From contig CAVWXQ010000023.1 of the NCBI GenBank assembly GCA_963759005.1, positions 63-64,062 of the forward strand: a stretch of 64,000 nucleotides of DNA. Reading direction: 5' to 3'. How positions within the stretch are numbered: position 1 is the stretch's first letter; each line of letters opens with the position of its first letter. Made by a program: the position numbers and the translations under genes. The notes beneath the pieces are model-generated. The model made no database searches, was not told where the DNA came from, and saw only the letters and a program-made list of their open reading frames with translations. Shown in pieces: positions 54,483 to 64,000 of this stretch. The stretch is from an uncultured Gammaproteobacteria bacterium (GTDB taxonomy: Bacteria; Pseudomonadota; Gammaproteobacteria; SZUA-229).

Positions 54483-54831
54483 AGATAATAGCGCTTATTC
54501 TTTGAAGAAAAGCATGGTCTGGTTGCAAATATTAACTAAGAGTATAGACAGGTAAAGTTTAAAAGGAGGATTTTTTGCGCATTTTAATGCCATTATTTCA
54601 ATAGTTTTTTTACGAAAAGCCAACACATTTTTTACCTGATTCTGCTAAATGTCACATCATTTAAGAATACACATAAGACTGTTAGTCCTATAAAATACAC
54701 ACAGAATTTAAAGCAGATGCATTTCTCTTTTTAAGCTGAATATTTCATAAAATATGTAGTGTCTCTTCTATACTAGGCAGTTAATTAATAATTGAGAATA
54801 GTTTCCTTAACAAATAAAACAGGATTTTAAA

Positions 54832-56256
54832 ATGATAACACCGGTAATTTTATCGGGTGGCTCAGGAACACGCTTGTGGCCACTTTCCAGAAAAGCGCAT
54901 CCAAAACAACTTCTGCCATTATTAAATCAGACATCATTATTGCAGGACACAATAAATCGTCTGGATGGCCTTAAAGATATCGCCAATACCGTTGTTATTT
55001 GCAATGAAGAGTACCGTTTCATGGTTGCAGAGCAGACTCATGCAACCCGCATTGGCGCGGATGCGATAATTCTGGAACCGGTCGGTCGTAATACAGCGCC
55101 TGCTATCGCTTTGGCTGCGTTCAATGCGATGCTAACTGATGAAGATGCAGTATTACTGGTATTGCCAGCGGATCATGACATAAAAAATGTGAGTGAATTT
55201 CATAAAGCAATAGAAACTGGTTTACATCAGGCGTTAAACAATCACTTTGTTACATTTGGTATTGTTCCAGACAGTCCTGAAACAGGATACGGTTATATTA
55301 AGTCGGTAGACACAGTAGCAGTCAATGAAGTTGCTGCAATTGAAAAATTCGTTGAGAAGCCAGATCTGGATACCGCCACAAAATATCTTAACGAAGGCGG
55401 TTACTACTGGAATAGCGGTATGTTTATGTTTAAAGCATCTGAATATTTAAACGCGCTACAGGAATTTTCACCTGAAATATACAACGCCAGTCAAAATGCA
55501 ATTAATAATGCAGTGAGAGATATGGATTTTATTCGTATCGGTGCTGAGGAATTTAAAAAGTGTCCGAGCGACTCAATTGATTATGCGGTCATGGAAAAGG
55601 TCAAAAACGCTGTCGTCATACCAGTTGATATTGGTTGGAGCGATGTTGGCTCATGGTCAGCTTTACACGAAATTGGTGAATTAGATGAAAATAATAATGT
55701 TTTTATCGGTGACACCAAATGTGTATCAACAACAAATTGTTATGTGCGAGCAGAAAATAAACTGGTGACAACCCTGGGTATTGACGATTTGATCATTGTT
55801 GATACCGATGATGCCTTACTGGTTGCCAGTAAAAGTCATGTGCAGGACATAAAAATCATTGTTGAATCGTTGACCAGTGAAAAAAGAGAAGAAGTTGTAG
55901 TACATAAACGAGTATGTCGCCCCTGGGGTTGTTACCAGGGCATAGACAGCTCAGATCGATTCCAGGTAAAAAGAATAACAGTAAATCCGGGGGCAACACT
56001 GTCTTTACAATTGCATCATCATCGTGCTGAACACTGGGTTATTGTTAACGGCACAGCAAAAGTAACAAAAGGCGAAGAAGTGTTTATACTAACTGAAAAC
56101 GAATCAACCTATATTCCATTAGGCACAAAACATCGGCTTGAAAATATAGGGAAAATCCCCCTGGAATTAATAGAAGTGCAAACCGGTAGTTATCTTGGCG
56201 AAGACGATATTGTACGTTTTGATGATATATACGGAAGAGAAGGTAAAACAACATGA
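54832..56256 (+). CDS. manC: Mannose-1-phosphate guanylyltransferase/mannose-6-phosphate isomerase
   Basis: GGSGTRLWPLSR, EPVGRNTAPA, WSDVGSW, RPWG, HHHRAEHW. Confidence 0.95.
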   Translation: MITPVILSGGSGTRLWPLSRKAHPKQLLPLLNQTSLLQDTINRLDGLKDIANTVVICNEEYRFMVAEQTHATRIGADAIILEPVGRNTAPAIALAAFNAMLTDEDAVLLVLPADHDIKNVSEFHKAIETGLHQALNNHFVTFGIVPDSPETGYGYIKSVDTVAVNEVAAIEKFVEKPDLDTATKYLNEGGYYWNSGMFMFKASEYLNALQEFSPEIYNASQNAINNAVRDMDFIRIGAEEFKKCPSDSIDYAVMEKVKNAVVIPVDIGWSDVGSWSALHEIGELDENNNVFIGDTKCVSTTNCYVRAENKLVTTLGIDDLIIVDTDDALLVASKSHVQDIKIIVESLTSEKREEVVVHKRVCRPWGCYQGIDSSDRFQVKRITVNPGATLSLQLHHHRAEHWVIVNGTAKVTKGEEVFILTENESTYIPLGTKHRLENIGKIPLELIEVQTGSYLGEDDIVRFDDIYGREGKTT

Positions 56257-56267
56257 AAGGACCAGGT

Positions 56268-57185
56268 ATGAAAGCATTAGTAACAGGTGGTGCTGGTTTT
56301 ATCGGTTCGCATATTGTTGATCGTTTATTGAAAGATGGCCATGAAGTGGTTGTTCTGGATGATTTTTCAACAGGCCACCGCAGCAACTTACCCGATAATA
56401 AAAAACTGACAATTATAGAAGGTGATATAAGCAACCAGGATACGGTTAAAGAATGCATGCAAGGTATTGACTGGGTATTTCATAAAGCGGCCGTCGCATC
56501 AGTGCCAAAGACTGTGAATGATCCCGTTGGCAGTAGCGCAGTAAACTATCAGGGCACATTGCACTTATTAGAAGCCGCAACAGACAACAACGTAAAACGT
56601 TTTGTATTCGCATCAAGCGCGGCATTGTATGGTGATGAACCAACACTACCAAAAATAGAAACCATGTGCCCGGTCACTTTATCGCCTTATGCAGTTGATA
56701 AATTAGCCTCAGAATTTGCCTGTGGCATGTACACAAAATTATATGGATTAGAAACCGTTTGTTTAAGGTATTTTAATGTTTATGGACCAAAACAGGATCC
56801 TTCCTCACCTTATTCCGGTGTTATTTCCATTTTTACAGATAAACTTAAAAATAAACAAACCCCCACCATATTTGGCGATGGTCAGCAAACAAGAGATTTC
56901 GTATTTGTAAGTGACGTTGTTGAAGCCAATATGAAAGCGGTAACAACGCAACAGGGCACCGGGCAATATTATAATATTGCAACAGGCAAAAAAATCACCT
57001 TAAACCAGTTATTAGAAACATTGTGTGAGATCTATAATGTAGATTTTAATGTGAATTATGGTGATATCAGAAAAGGTGACATTAAAGAGTCTTACGCCGT
57101 TATAGAAAAAGCAAATTCAATATTGAAGTGGACTCCATCGGTTGAATTAAGCCAGGGATTAAAAATCCTTTGCGAAAGCTTATAG
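56268..57185 (+). CDS. NAD-dependent epimerase (WbpP/GalE-like extended SDR)
   Basis: TGGAGFIGS, SPYAVDK, RYFNVYGP.QDP.SPYSGVI. Confidence 0.9.
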   Translation: MKALVTGGAGFIGSHIVDRLLKDGHEVVVLDDFSTGHRSNLPDNKKLTIIEGDISNQDTVKECMQGIDWVFHKAAVASVPKTVNDPVGSSAVNYQGTLHLLEAATDNNVKRFVFASSAALYGDEPTLPKIETMCPVTLSPYAVDKLASEFACGMYTKLYGLETVCLRYFNVYGPKQDPSSPYSGVISIFTDKLKNKQTPTIFGDGQQTRDFVFVSDVVEANMKAVTTQQGTGQYYNIATGKKITLNQLLETLCEIYNVDFNVNYGDIRKGDIKESYAVIEKANSILKWTPSVELSQGLKILCESL

Positions 57186-57217
57186 GGTTTTAACTAATAG
57201 AAAAACACAAACATTTA

Positions 57218-57522
57218 TTCACCACAGAGGTCGCTCTTGTGTATCCGTACACCTGCGACATTAGTGCATCCGTGCACGTCGCACAGAGGGCACAGAGTAA
57301 ACCTTTTAATTTTAAACAACCACCAGCATTAAGACTTGCTGCTTTTATTTTAAAAAATAACATATAAATCAAAGCGTTGTATTAATTACTTAATATATTA
57401 CTTTAGAAATATATCTTCGCTTTTAAAACTAAAAAAACTTTTCTCTGTGCTCTTCGTGCGACGTGCATGGATGCGCTAATGTCGCGCTCATATGGATGTG
57501 AAAGAGTGACCTCTGTGGTGAA
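57218..57522. repeat. Family A inverted-repeat element with a 51-bp insert in each arm
   Basis: ttcaccacagag|57230-57280|gcacagagggcacagag ... ctctgtgctcttcgtgc|57460-57510|ctctgtggtgaa. Confidence 0.9.
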
Positions 57523-57584
57523 TAAATATTTGTAGTTTTTAGATTTAAAAATAAAAAGAAAAATAACGTATTGGAACAATAATT

Positions 57585-58889
57585 ATGAAACAACAATTAA
57601 TAAATAAATTAGCAGACAAATCAGCAATTATCGGTATCGTGGGCCTGGGTTATGTCGGTATTCCTCTGGCATTACGTTATGCCGAAGCTGGTTATAAAGT
57701 TGTCGGTTTTGACATTGATCCTGAAAAAGTTGAAAAAATATCTTCAGGTAAAACTTATATTAAGCACATTCCCGACGAAGACATTCAATCTGCTGTAGAC
57801 AGGGGGTTCGAAGCCACCATTGATTTCACCCGTGCGACGGCTGCCGATGCATTAATCCTGTGTGTACCAACGCCACTCGATTTGCACCGCGAGCCAGATC
57901 TTAGCTACGTATTAGATACAATGGACAGTCTTCTTCCTTATTTGCGAGCCGGCCATGTGGTTTCACTAGAAAGTACAACCTACCCGGGCACAACGGATGA
58001 AGAATTAAAACCACGCATTGAAAGCACTGGTTTGAGCGTTGGAGACGATGTATTCCTGGTTTATTCACCAGAACGAGAAGATCCCGGCAATAAAAATTTC
58101 AATACACAAACCATTCCCAAAGTTTGTGGCGGCGATACCGAAGCCTGTCAGCAAGTTGGTGTTGCATTATATAGTCATGTTATCGATAAAGTTGTTTCAG
58201 TCAGTTCTACACGAGCCGCAGAAATGACTAAATTGCTGGAGAACATTCATCGCGCCGTTAACATTGGCCTGGTTAACGAATTAAAAATTGTTGCAGACAA
58301 AATGGACATTGATATTTACGAAGTGATCGATGCTGCCGCCACTAAACCATTTGGTTTTGTACCTTATTATCCCGGTCCGGGTCTGGGTGGACATTGTATC
58401 CCAATCGATCCATTTTATTTAACCTGGAAAGCACGTGAATATGGCATTAATACCCGATTCATTGAACTGGCTGGTGAAGTAAACAGCTCCATGCCCGAGT
58501 ATGTTTTAAACAAAATTGTTTCAGGTTTGAATGACCAGAAAAAAGCCATCAATGGTAGCCGCATTCTTATGTTGGGCATTGCATATAAAAAGAACATAGA
58601 TGATATGCGCGAATCACCTTCAGTAGAAATCATGCAGCTTATTCAAAACTGTGGCGCAGAAATAAACTATTCAGATCCTTACGTGCCAGTATTCCCGAAA
58701 ATGCGCCGTTATAGTTTTAATATGAACAGTGTGGAAGCAAGCAGTGAAAACATTAAAACCTATGATTGCATTGTAGTAGGTACCGATCATGTAGATTTTG
58801 ATTATGAAATGATTCGTGAAAATGCAAAATTAATTGTTGATACCCGTGGTATGTACCGTGGCAAATATAAAAATGTAGTACATGCATAA
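57585..58889 (+). CDS. wbpA: UDP-N-acetylglucosamine 6-dehydrogenase (WbpA-like)
   Basis: [36 protein letters not shown]. Confidence 0.85.
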   Translation: MKQQLINKLADKSAIIGIVGLGYVGIPLALRYAEAGYKVVGFDIDPEKVEKISSGKTYIKHIPDEDIQSAVDRGFEATIDFTRATAADALILCVPTPLDLHREPDLSYVLDTMDSLLPYLRAGHVVSLESTTYPGTTDEELKPRIESTGLSVGDDVFLVYSPEREDPGNKNFNTQTIPKVCGGDTEACQQVGVALYSHVIDKVVSVSSTRAAEMTKLLENIHRAVNIGLVNELKIVADKMDIDIYEVIDAAATKPFGFVPYYPGPGLGGHCIPIDPFYLTWKAREYGINTRFIELAGEVNSSMPEYVLNKIVSGLNDQKKAINGSRILMLGIAYKKNIDDMRESPSVEIMQLIQNCGAEINYSDPYVPVFPKMRRYSFNMNSVEASSENIKTYDCIVVGTDHVDFDYEMIRENAKLIVDTRGMYRGKYKNVVHA

Positions 58890-58911
58890 AGTATATAATC
58901 ACAAACTTATT

Positions 58912-59185
58912 TTCACCACAGAGGCACAGAGCGCACAGAGAAAAACATTTTATCGTTTAGTTTAAAAATAAAAATAGTTCTCCTCTGTGCCCTTTGTGTC
59001 TCTGTGGTGAACAATAGTTTTTAGTTTGTGATTTGTAGTTTTAACAATAAAAGTTTACCTTTGTGTGCTCTGTGCAACGTGCATGGATGCACTAATGTCG
59101 CAGGTGATCTGAGCCTCTGTGGTGATAAAGTTTTTAGTTTTTAAATATAAAAAAGGTTCCTCGTGTTCTGTGCCTCTGTGGTGAA
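58912..59185. repeat. Family A element plus two extra right arms
   Basis: IR 58912-59011; further ctctgtggtga arms ending near 59125 and 59185. Confidence 0.9.
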
Positions 59186-59225
59186 CAATAGTGTGTAAAG
59201 TTTTTAGAATATATTAGGAGTAAGT

Positions 59226-60530
59226 ATGAATGTTGTAATGATTGGTTCAGGTTATGTAGGCCTTGTATCAGGCGCGTGTTTTGCCGAGTTCGGCGCAAAT
59301 GTAACGTGTATTGATAAGGATGAAAGCAAAATAAACGCGCTGCTAAATGGCAAAATACCTATATATGAACCGGGGCTGGATACCTTCGTTGCTAAAAATA
59401 TAGAAGCAGGCCGTCTGGGATTTTCGACAGAACTAAAAGAAAAGGTTGCAGAGGCCGAGTTAGTGTTTATCGCAGTAGGCACCCCGACAAGACACGGTGA
59501 TGGCCATGCTGATCTGCAATATGTCTATGCTGCTGCAGAAGAACTTGCAGGCTATTTAAAAGGTTATACAGTGATTGTTGATAAATCGACTGTCCCCGTT
59601 GGCACAGCTCGACAGGTACATCGAATTATCAGCACTGCAAATCCGGATGCAGATTTTGATGTGGCTTCTAATCCTGAGTTTCTAAGAGAAGGTTCAGCAC
59701 TTGATGATTTTATGCGTCCTGACAGGGTGGTTTTAGGTGTTGAGTCTGAACGTGCCGAAGCCTTATTGCGCGAACTGTACAGACCGCTTAACTTAATCGA
59801 AGCACCCATTCACGTAACCAATCTTGAAAGTGCAGAACTGATTAAATATGCAGCCAATGCCTTTCTCGCTACAAAAATCAGCTTTATCAATGAAATGTCT
59901 CAATTGTGTGAGAAAGTAGGTGCCGATGTACACTCTATCGCAAAAGGCATGGGGCTGGACGGACGTATCGGTAAAAAATTCTTACATGCAGGCCCTGGTT
60001 ATGGCGGTTCATGTTTCCCCAAAGACACACTTGCGCTCATACGCATAGCACAGGAACATGGCTCATCATGTCGTATTGTAGAATCAGTGGTCGAAGTAAA
60101 TGCCGCTCAGAAAGCCAGGATGGTTTCAAAAATAAGAGACGCATTAGGAGGCTCAGAAGCAGGTAAAACCATCGCAGTCCTGGGCCTTACCTTTAAGCCA
60201 GAAACAGATGACATGCGTGATTCGCCATCACTAGCCATACTGCCAGCACTGTCTGACAAAGGCGCAACAATACGCGCCCATGACCCGGAAGGCATGGAAG
60301 AAGCGAAAAAATTATTACCCGATAATATACAGTACTTTGATTCAATATATGAAATGTTTGAAAATGTAGATGCAGTTGTATTGATGACAGAATGGAACCA
60401 GTACCGTGCACTTGATCTTGAAAAAGTCAAAAGCTTGATGAAAGGCAATGTGTTTGTGGATCTACGCAACGTATACGAGAAAGACACCATGGAGCAGAAA
60501 GGTTTTAACTACCATTGTGTAGGGCGTTAA
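59226..60530 (+). CDS. ugd: UDP-glucose 6-dehydrogenase
   Basis: GSGYVG, AVGTP, SNPEFLREG, GYGGSCFPKD, FKPETDDMRDS. Confidence 0.93.
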   Translation: MNVVMIGSGYVGLVSGACFAEFGANVTCIDKDESKINALLNGKIPIYEPGLDTFVAKNIEAGRLGFSTELKEKVAEAELVFIAVGTPTRHGDGHADLQYVYAAAEELAGYLKGYTVIVDKSTVPVGTARQVHRIISTANPDADFDVASNPEFLREGSALDDFMRPDRVVLGVESERAEALLRELYRPLNLIEAPIHVTNLESAELIKYAANAFLATKISFINEMSQLCEKVGADVHSIAKGMGLDGRIGKKFLHAGPGYGGSCFPKDTLALIRIAQEHGSSCRIVESVVEVNAAQKARMVSKIRDALGGSEAGKTIAVLGLTFKPETDDMRDSPSLAILPALSDKGATIRAHDPEGMEEAKKLLPDNIQYFDSIYEMFENVDAVVLMTEWNQYRALDLEKVKSLMKGNVFVDLRNVYEKDTMEQKGFNYHCVGR

Positions 60531-60535
60531 ATATA

Positions 60536-60856
60536 TTCACCACAGAGGCACAGAGGTCACAGAGGAAAACGATTGTTGTTTTAAATAAGCACCAACTACA
60601 ACTGCCTGATGCACAAGTAGCAAGATCGTTTCTACTAGCATGTGTCAAGATGAACAGCAGTGTAGTGTTGACAACATTAATAGTTTCGTTCACATGTACT
60701 AGCTTGTGAACAGGAAACAGGGTAGATAGTTTATAGCTTTTAAGCAATTAAAAGGTTTTCCTCTGTGCACTCTGTGTCTCTGTGGTGAACAATAGTTTTT
60801 AGTTTATGATTTGTAGTTTTAACAATAAAAGTTTACCTCTGTGACACTGTGGTGAA
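60536..60856. repeat. Family A element enclosing a long imperfect hairpin, plus an extra right arm
   Basis: IR arms 60536-60570 and 60754-60789; degenerate arm 60837-60856. Confidence 0.9.
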
Positions 60857-60884
60857 TCAAATTGTTTAGAAAAAGGAGATGTAA

Positions 60885-61262
60885 ATGATAAAAGGAAATC
60901 AACTAACAAGCGAGATCATAGGTTCTGCAATTGAAGTGCATCGTAATCTTGGCCCCGGGTTACTGGAGTCAACCTATGAAGAATGTATGGCATTTGAATT
61001 ACAGGAAAGAAAATTAATAGTACAACGACAACATGAGATACCTGTTTTATACAAAGGAAATAAACTAGACCAAAATTACCGTATTGATCTTTTAGTGAAC
61101 AATCAAGTGATCATTGAACTAAAATCAATTAAAAAGATAGAACCAATCCATGATGCCCAGCTACTAACATACTTGAAACTGGCAAACATAAGATATGGAT
61201 TATTATTAAATTTTAACGTACCAGTAATGAAACAAGGCATTAAAAGATTATTAAACGGATAA
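60885..61262 (+). CDS. GxxExxY protein (PD-(D/E)XK nuclease superfamily)
   Basis: IGSAIEVHRNLGPGLLESTYE (GLLESTY), RIDLLV..IIELKS, AQLLTYLK, GLLLNF; RBS aaggag. Confidence 0.93.
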   Translation: MIKGNQLTSEIIGSAIEVHRNLGPGLLESTYEECMAFELQERKLIVQRQHEIPVLYKGNKLDQNYRIDLLVNNQVIIELKSIKKIEPIHDAQLLTYLKLANIRYGLLLNFNVPVMKQGIKRLLNG

Positions 61263-61336
61263 GCATATTAACCACAGGTTTATGCACATAAGACAAACAA
61301 GTGTTATATGTTATTTGTTTTTAACAATAAATAGCT

Positions 61337-61579
61337 TTTCTCTGTGTCCTCTGTGGTGAATAAGTTTTCTAAGCCTCTGTGTAATATGTTTTTAGTTTTA
61401 ATATAAAAGGTTTTCCTCTGTGCACTCTGTGCCTCTGTGGTGAATAAGTTTGTTAATATTTAAATATAAAAGGTTTTCCTCTGTGCACTCTGTGCCTCTG
61501 TGGTGAATAAAGTGTTTTATATGTTTTTAAATATTAAAAAGGTTTTCCTCTGTGCACTCTGTGCCTCTGTGGTGAATAA
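61337..61579 (+). repeat. Tandem array of family A right arms
   Basis: Three identical 43-bp units aaaaggttttcctctgtgcactctgtgcctctgtggtgaataa at 61405, 61468 and 61537, plus a shorter one at ~61337. Confidence 0.95.
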
Positions 61580-61600
61580 ATGTTTATGGTGAATAATTAA

Positions 61601-62611
61601 ATGAAAATATTAGTAACAGGTGTAGCCGGTTTCATCGGCATGAGTGTAGCCAAAGCGCTACTGGAAAGAGGCGACGAAGTCGTTGGCATAGATAATCTAA
61701 ATGATTATTACGACGTACAACTAAAACACGACCGTTTAAAATTAATCGAAGATTATGAGATGTTCACCTTCATAAAAATGGATATTTCAGATCGTGAAGC
61801 CATGAAAACACTGTTTGAAAAACAAAACTTCCAGCGCGTATTTAATTCAGCGGCACAAGCAGGTGTGCGTTATTCATTAGAAAACCCGCATGCTTATGTA
61901 GACAGCAACCTGGTCGGTTTCGTTAATATATTAGAAGGCTGTCGGCAGACAAAAGTCGAACACCTGGTCTATGCCAGCAGTTCGAGTGTCTACGGCGCAA
62001 ATACAAACATGCCATTTAGCGTGCACGACAATGTTGATCACCAGGTAAGCCTGTATGCCGCAACAAAAAAATCCAACGAGTTAATGGCGCATACCTACAG
62101 TCATTTATACAACATACCCACAACCGGTCTGCGCTTCTTTACAGTATATGGACCGTGGGGCAGACCGGATATGTCACCCTCATTGTTTACAGGCGCAATA
62201 TTGCGTGATGAGCCAATCAATGTCTTCAACGAAGGAAAAATGAAGCGTGACTTCACCTATATTGACGATATTGTAGAAGGTGTTGTACGCGTAATCGACA
62301 AAACAGCAGAGCCAAACCCGGATTATGATAATAACAACGCTGACCCGGCAACCTCCTATGCACCCTACAGAGTGTATAACATCGGCAATAATGACGTAGT
62401 ACAGCTTATGGATTTCATAGAAACCATAGAAAATGCAGTCGGCAAAAAAGCCGAAAAGAACATGATGGGAATGCAGGACGGAGACGTAGTTGCAACCTAT
62501 GCAAACATAGATGCATTAATCGATGCGGTTGGTTTTAAACCAGCCACACCATTAAAAGATGGTATCAAGAAATTTGTAGATTGGTACAAGGAGTACCATG
62601 GCTATAATTAA
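61601..62611 (+). CDS. UDP-glucuronate 4-epimerase family protein
   Basis: TGVAGFIG, AAQAGVRYS, SLYAATKK, RFFTVYGPWGRPDM. Confidence 0.9.
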   Translation: MKILVTGVAGFIGMSVAKALLERGDEVVGIDNLNDYYDVQLKHDRLKLIEDYEMFTFIKMDISDREAMKTLFEKQNFQRVFNSAAQAGVRYSLENPHAYVDSNLVGFVNILEGCRQTKVEHLVYASSSSVYGANTNMPFSVHDNVDHQVSLYAATKKSNELMAHTYSHLYNIPTTGLRFFTVYGPWGRPDMSPSLFTGAILRDEPINVFNEGKMKRDFTYIDDIVEGVVRVIDKTAEPNPDYDNNNADPATSYAPYRVYNIGNNDVVQLMDFIETIENAVGKKAEKNMMGMQDGDVVATYANIDALIDAVGFKPATPLKDGIKKFVDWYKEYHGYN

Positions 62612-62618
62612 TAGAATG

Positions 62619-62852
62619 TTCACTACAGGGATGCAGAGAGTACAGAGAAAATTTTTATTTTGTCATGCTGGCGTAGGCCAGTATCCATTTATCAGGTGAA
62701 TATGGATTATCAGGATTAATGCCAGGATAAGCGATGGATACCGGCTAGAAGCATACCTGCATGACGGTAATCCATTTGTTTGTCATTTTAATTCATGTCT
62801 TTCGCGTATTCTATGACCCCATAAAAGCTTTTCTCTACGTCTCTGTGGTGAA
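62619..62852. repeat. Degenerate family A element enclosing a GTCATG..CATGAC REP-like element
   Basis: ttcactacagggatgcagagag ... ctctacgtctctgtggtgaa. Inner tgtcatgctggcgtaggccagtatcca...tggataccggc...gcatgacgg. Confidence 0.8.
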
Positions 62853-62945
62853 TCGCCTCTAAAGTCTTGACTTTGACTCCCTTTAATCCAATAGACAGTT
62901 TATAATAAAAAAATAATTTTTCAGATATAAATACGGATGTAAACA

Positions 62946-64000
62946 ATGGCAAAAGTAGCATTAATAACAGGCATCACCGGGCAGGATGGTGCCTACCTGG
63001 CGGAATTTCTTCTAGACAAAGGGTATGTTGTACACGGCATTAAACGCCGGGCATCATCGTTTAATACCGACCGCGTAGATCACCTGTACCAGGATCCGCA
63101 TGAAAAAGAACAGAAGTTTATTCTTCATTACGGAGATTTAACCGATTCCATGAACCTGGTGCGTATTATCCAGCAAATACAGCCAGATGAAGTATACAAC
63201 CTGGCAGCGCAAAGCCATGTAGCGGTTTCTTTCGAGTGCCCTGAATATACTGCAGATACGGTTGGTATGGGTGCACTTAGAATACTGGATGCCATTCGAA
63301 TTTCAGGCCTGGAAAAGAAAACCCGTTATTACCAGGCATCAACTTCAGAATTGTACGGTGAAGTACAGGAGATCCCGCAAACAGAAAAAACACCGTTTTA
63401 TCCACGTTCACCCTATGCAGTAGCAAAACTGTACGCCTACTGGATTACAGTTAATTACAGAGAAGCTTATGGTATATATGCCTGTAATGGAATTCTGTTC
63501 AACCATGAATCACCCATACGTGGAGAAACATTCGTTACTCGAAAAATTACCCGCGCATTTGCAAGAATTAAACTGGATCTACAGGATAAGTTATTTCTGG
63601 GTAATTTAAGTGCTAAACGTGACTGGGGACATGCAAAAGATTATGTTGAAATGCAGTGGTTAATGTTGCAGCAGGATAATCCGGAAGATTTTGTCATCGC
63701 CACCGGCGTTCAATACTCAGTAAGAGACTTTGTAAATAAAGCAGCCAAAGCCGTGGATATAGAAATGGAATGGAAAGGCGAGGGGATAGATGAAAAAGGC
63801 TATGATAAAGCGACAGGAAAATGTCTGGTAGAAGTCGATCCAAGATACTTCAGACCAACAGAAGTAGAAACCCTGCTAGGTGATCCGACTAAAGCAAAAG
63901 AAAAACTGGGCTGGGTACCTAAAATTACATTGGATGAGATGGTCACCGAAATGGTAGAAAATGACCTGATGATTGCCAAACGTGATGCCCTGTGTGAAAA
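62946..64000 (+). CDS. gmd: GDP-mannose 4,6-dehydratase (runs off the window end)
   Basis: [53 protein letters not shown]. Confidence 0.95.
   Translation, partial: MAKVALITGITGQDGAYLAEFLLDKGYVVHGIKRRASSFNTDRVDHLYQDPHEKEQKFILHYGDLTDSMNLVRIIQQIQPDEVYNLAAQSHVAVSFECPEYTADTVGMGALRILDAIRISGLEKKTRYYQASTSELYGEVQEIPQTEKTPFYPRSPYAVAKLYAYWITVNYREAYGIYACNGILFNHESPIRGETFVTRKITRAFARIKLDLQDKLFLGNLSAKRDWGHAKDYVEMQWLMLQQDNPEDFVIATGVQYSVRDFVNKAAKAVDIEMEWKGEGIDEKGYDKATGKCLVEVDPRYFRPTEVETLLGDPTKAKEKLGWVPKITLDEMVTEMVENDLMIAKRDALCE

Noticed and set aside
16510-60747. Short ORFs with LCASVV/LCPLCLCGE/TTEAQR motifs (16510, 16727, 57190, 60505, 60515)
   Set aside because: These are reading frames through the family A repeat, not proteins.
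61337-61579. CRISPR array
   Set aside because: Spacers are short, AT-rich and similar to each other. The repeat occurs dispersed and as inverted pairs elsewhere, and no cas genes are in the window.
57186-62945. Integron attC cassette array
   Set aside because: No integron integrase in the window, and the repeats lack RYYYAAC/GTTRRRY core sites.

Overview
Chromosomal window of a low-GC gammaproteobacterium, possibly a sulfur oxidiser (SoxW-like thioredoxin, candidate sulfur-globule-like protein). Left to right: (1) 1-8.7 kb accessory zone around tRNA-Ser(CGA), with a 3'-truncated group II intron RT, Y1/RAYT-transposase remnants, a Gly/Trp repeat protein, a broken PKD lipoprotein, and higher-GC dsbC and Na/Pi cotransporter genes. 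(2) Core genes yciI-yciB-yciO-S2P-trpS-scpAB-rluB, yciK, mnmC, ybbN-like, hrpB and dbpA. (3) A 31-47.5 kb motility/c-di-GMP/partner-switching block with sigma28 and sigma54 promoter motifs. (4) DUF1800-like/DUF1501 and DUF3570/DUF4266/TlpA loci. (5) A nucleotide-sugar/surface-polysaccharide operon (manC, epimerase, wbpA, ugd, GxxExxY, uge, gmd). The most striking unexplained structure is non-coding. Each of the five intergenic gaps from the epimerase to gmd carries a CACCACAGAG(G)CACAGAG inverted-repeat family, densest around a small GxxExxY PD-(D/E)XK-type nuclease gene. Several MITE/REP families are nested in each other. A ~50-bp CATCCNTG-core module is present or absent at precise positions when repeat copies are compared. 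Many single-base frameshifts are probably sequencing or assembly indels. All calls are from reading the sequence by eye; no searches were run.
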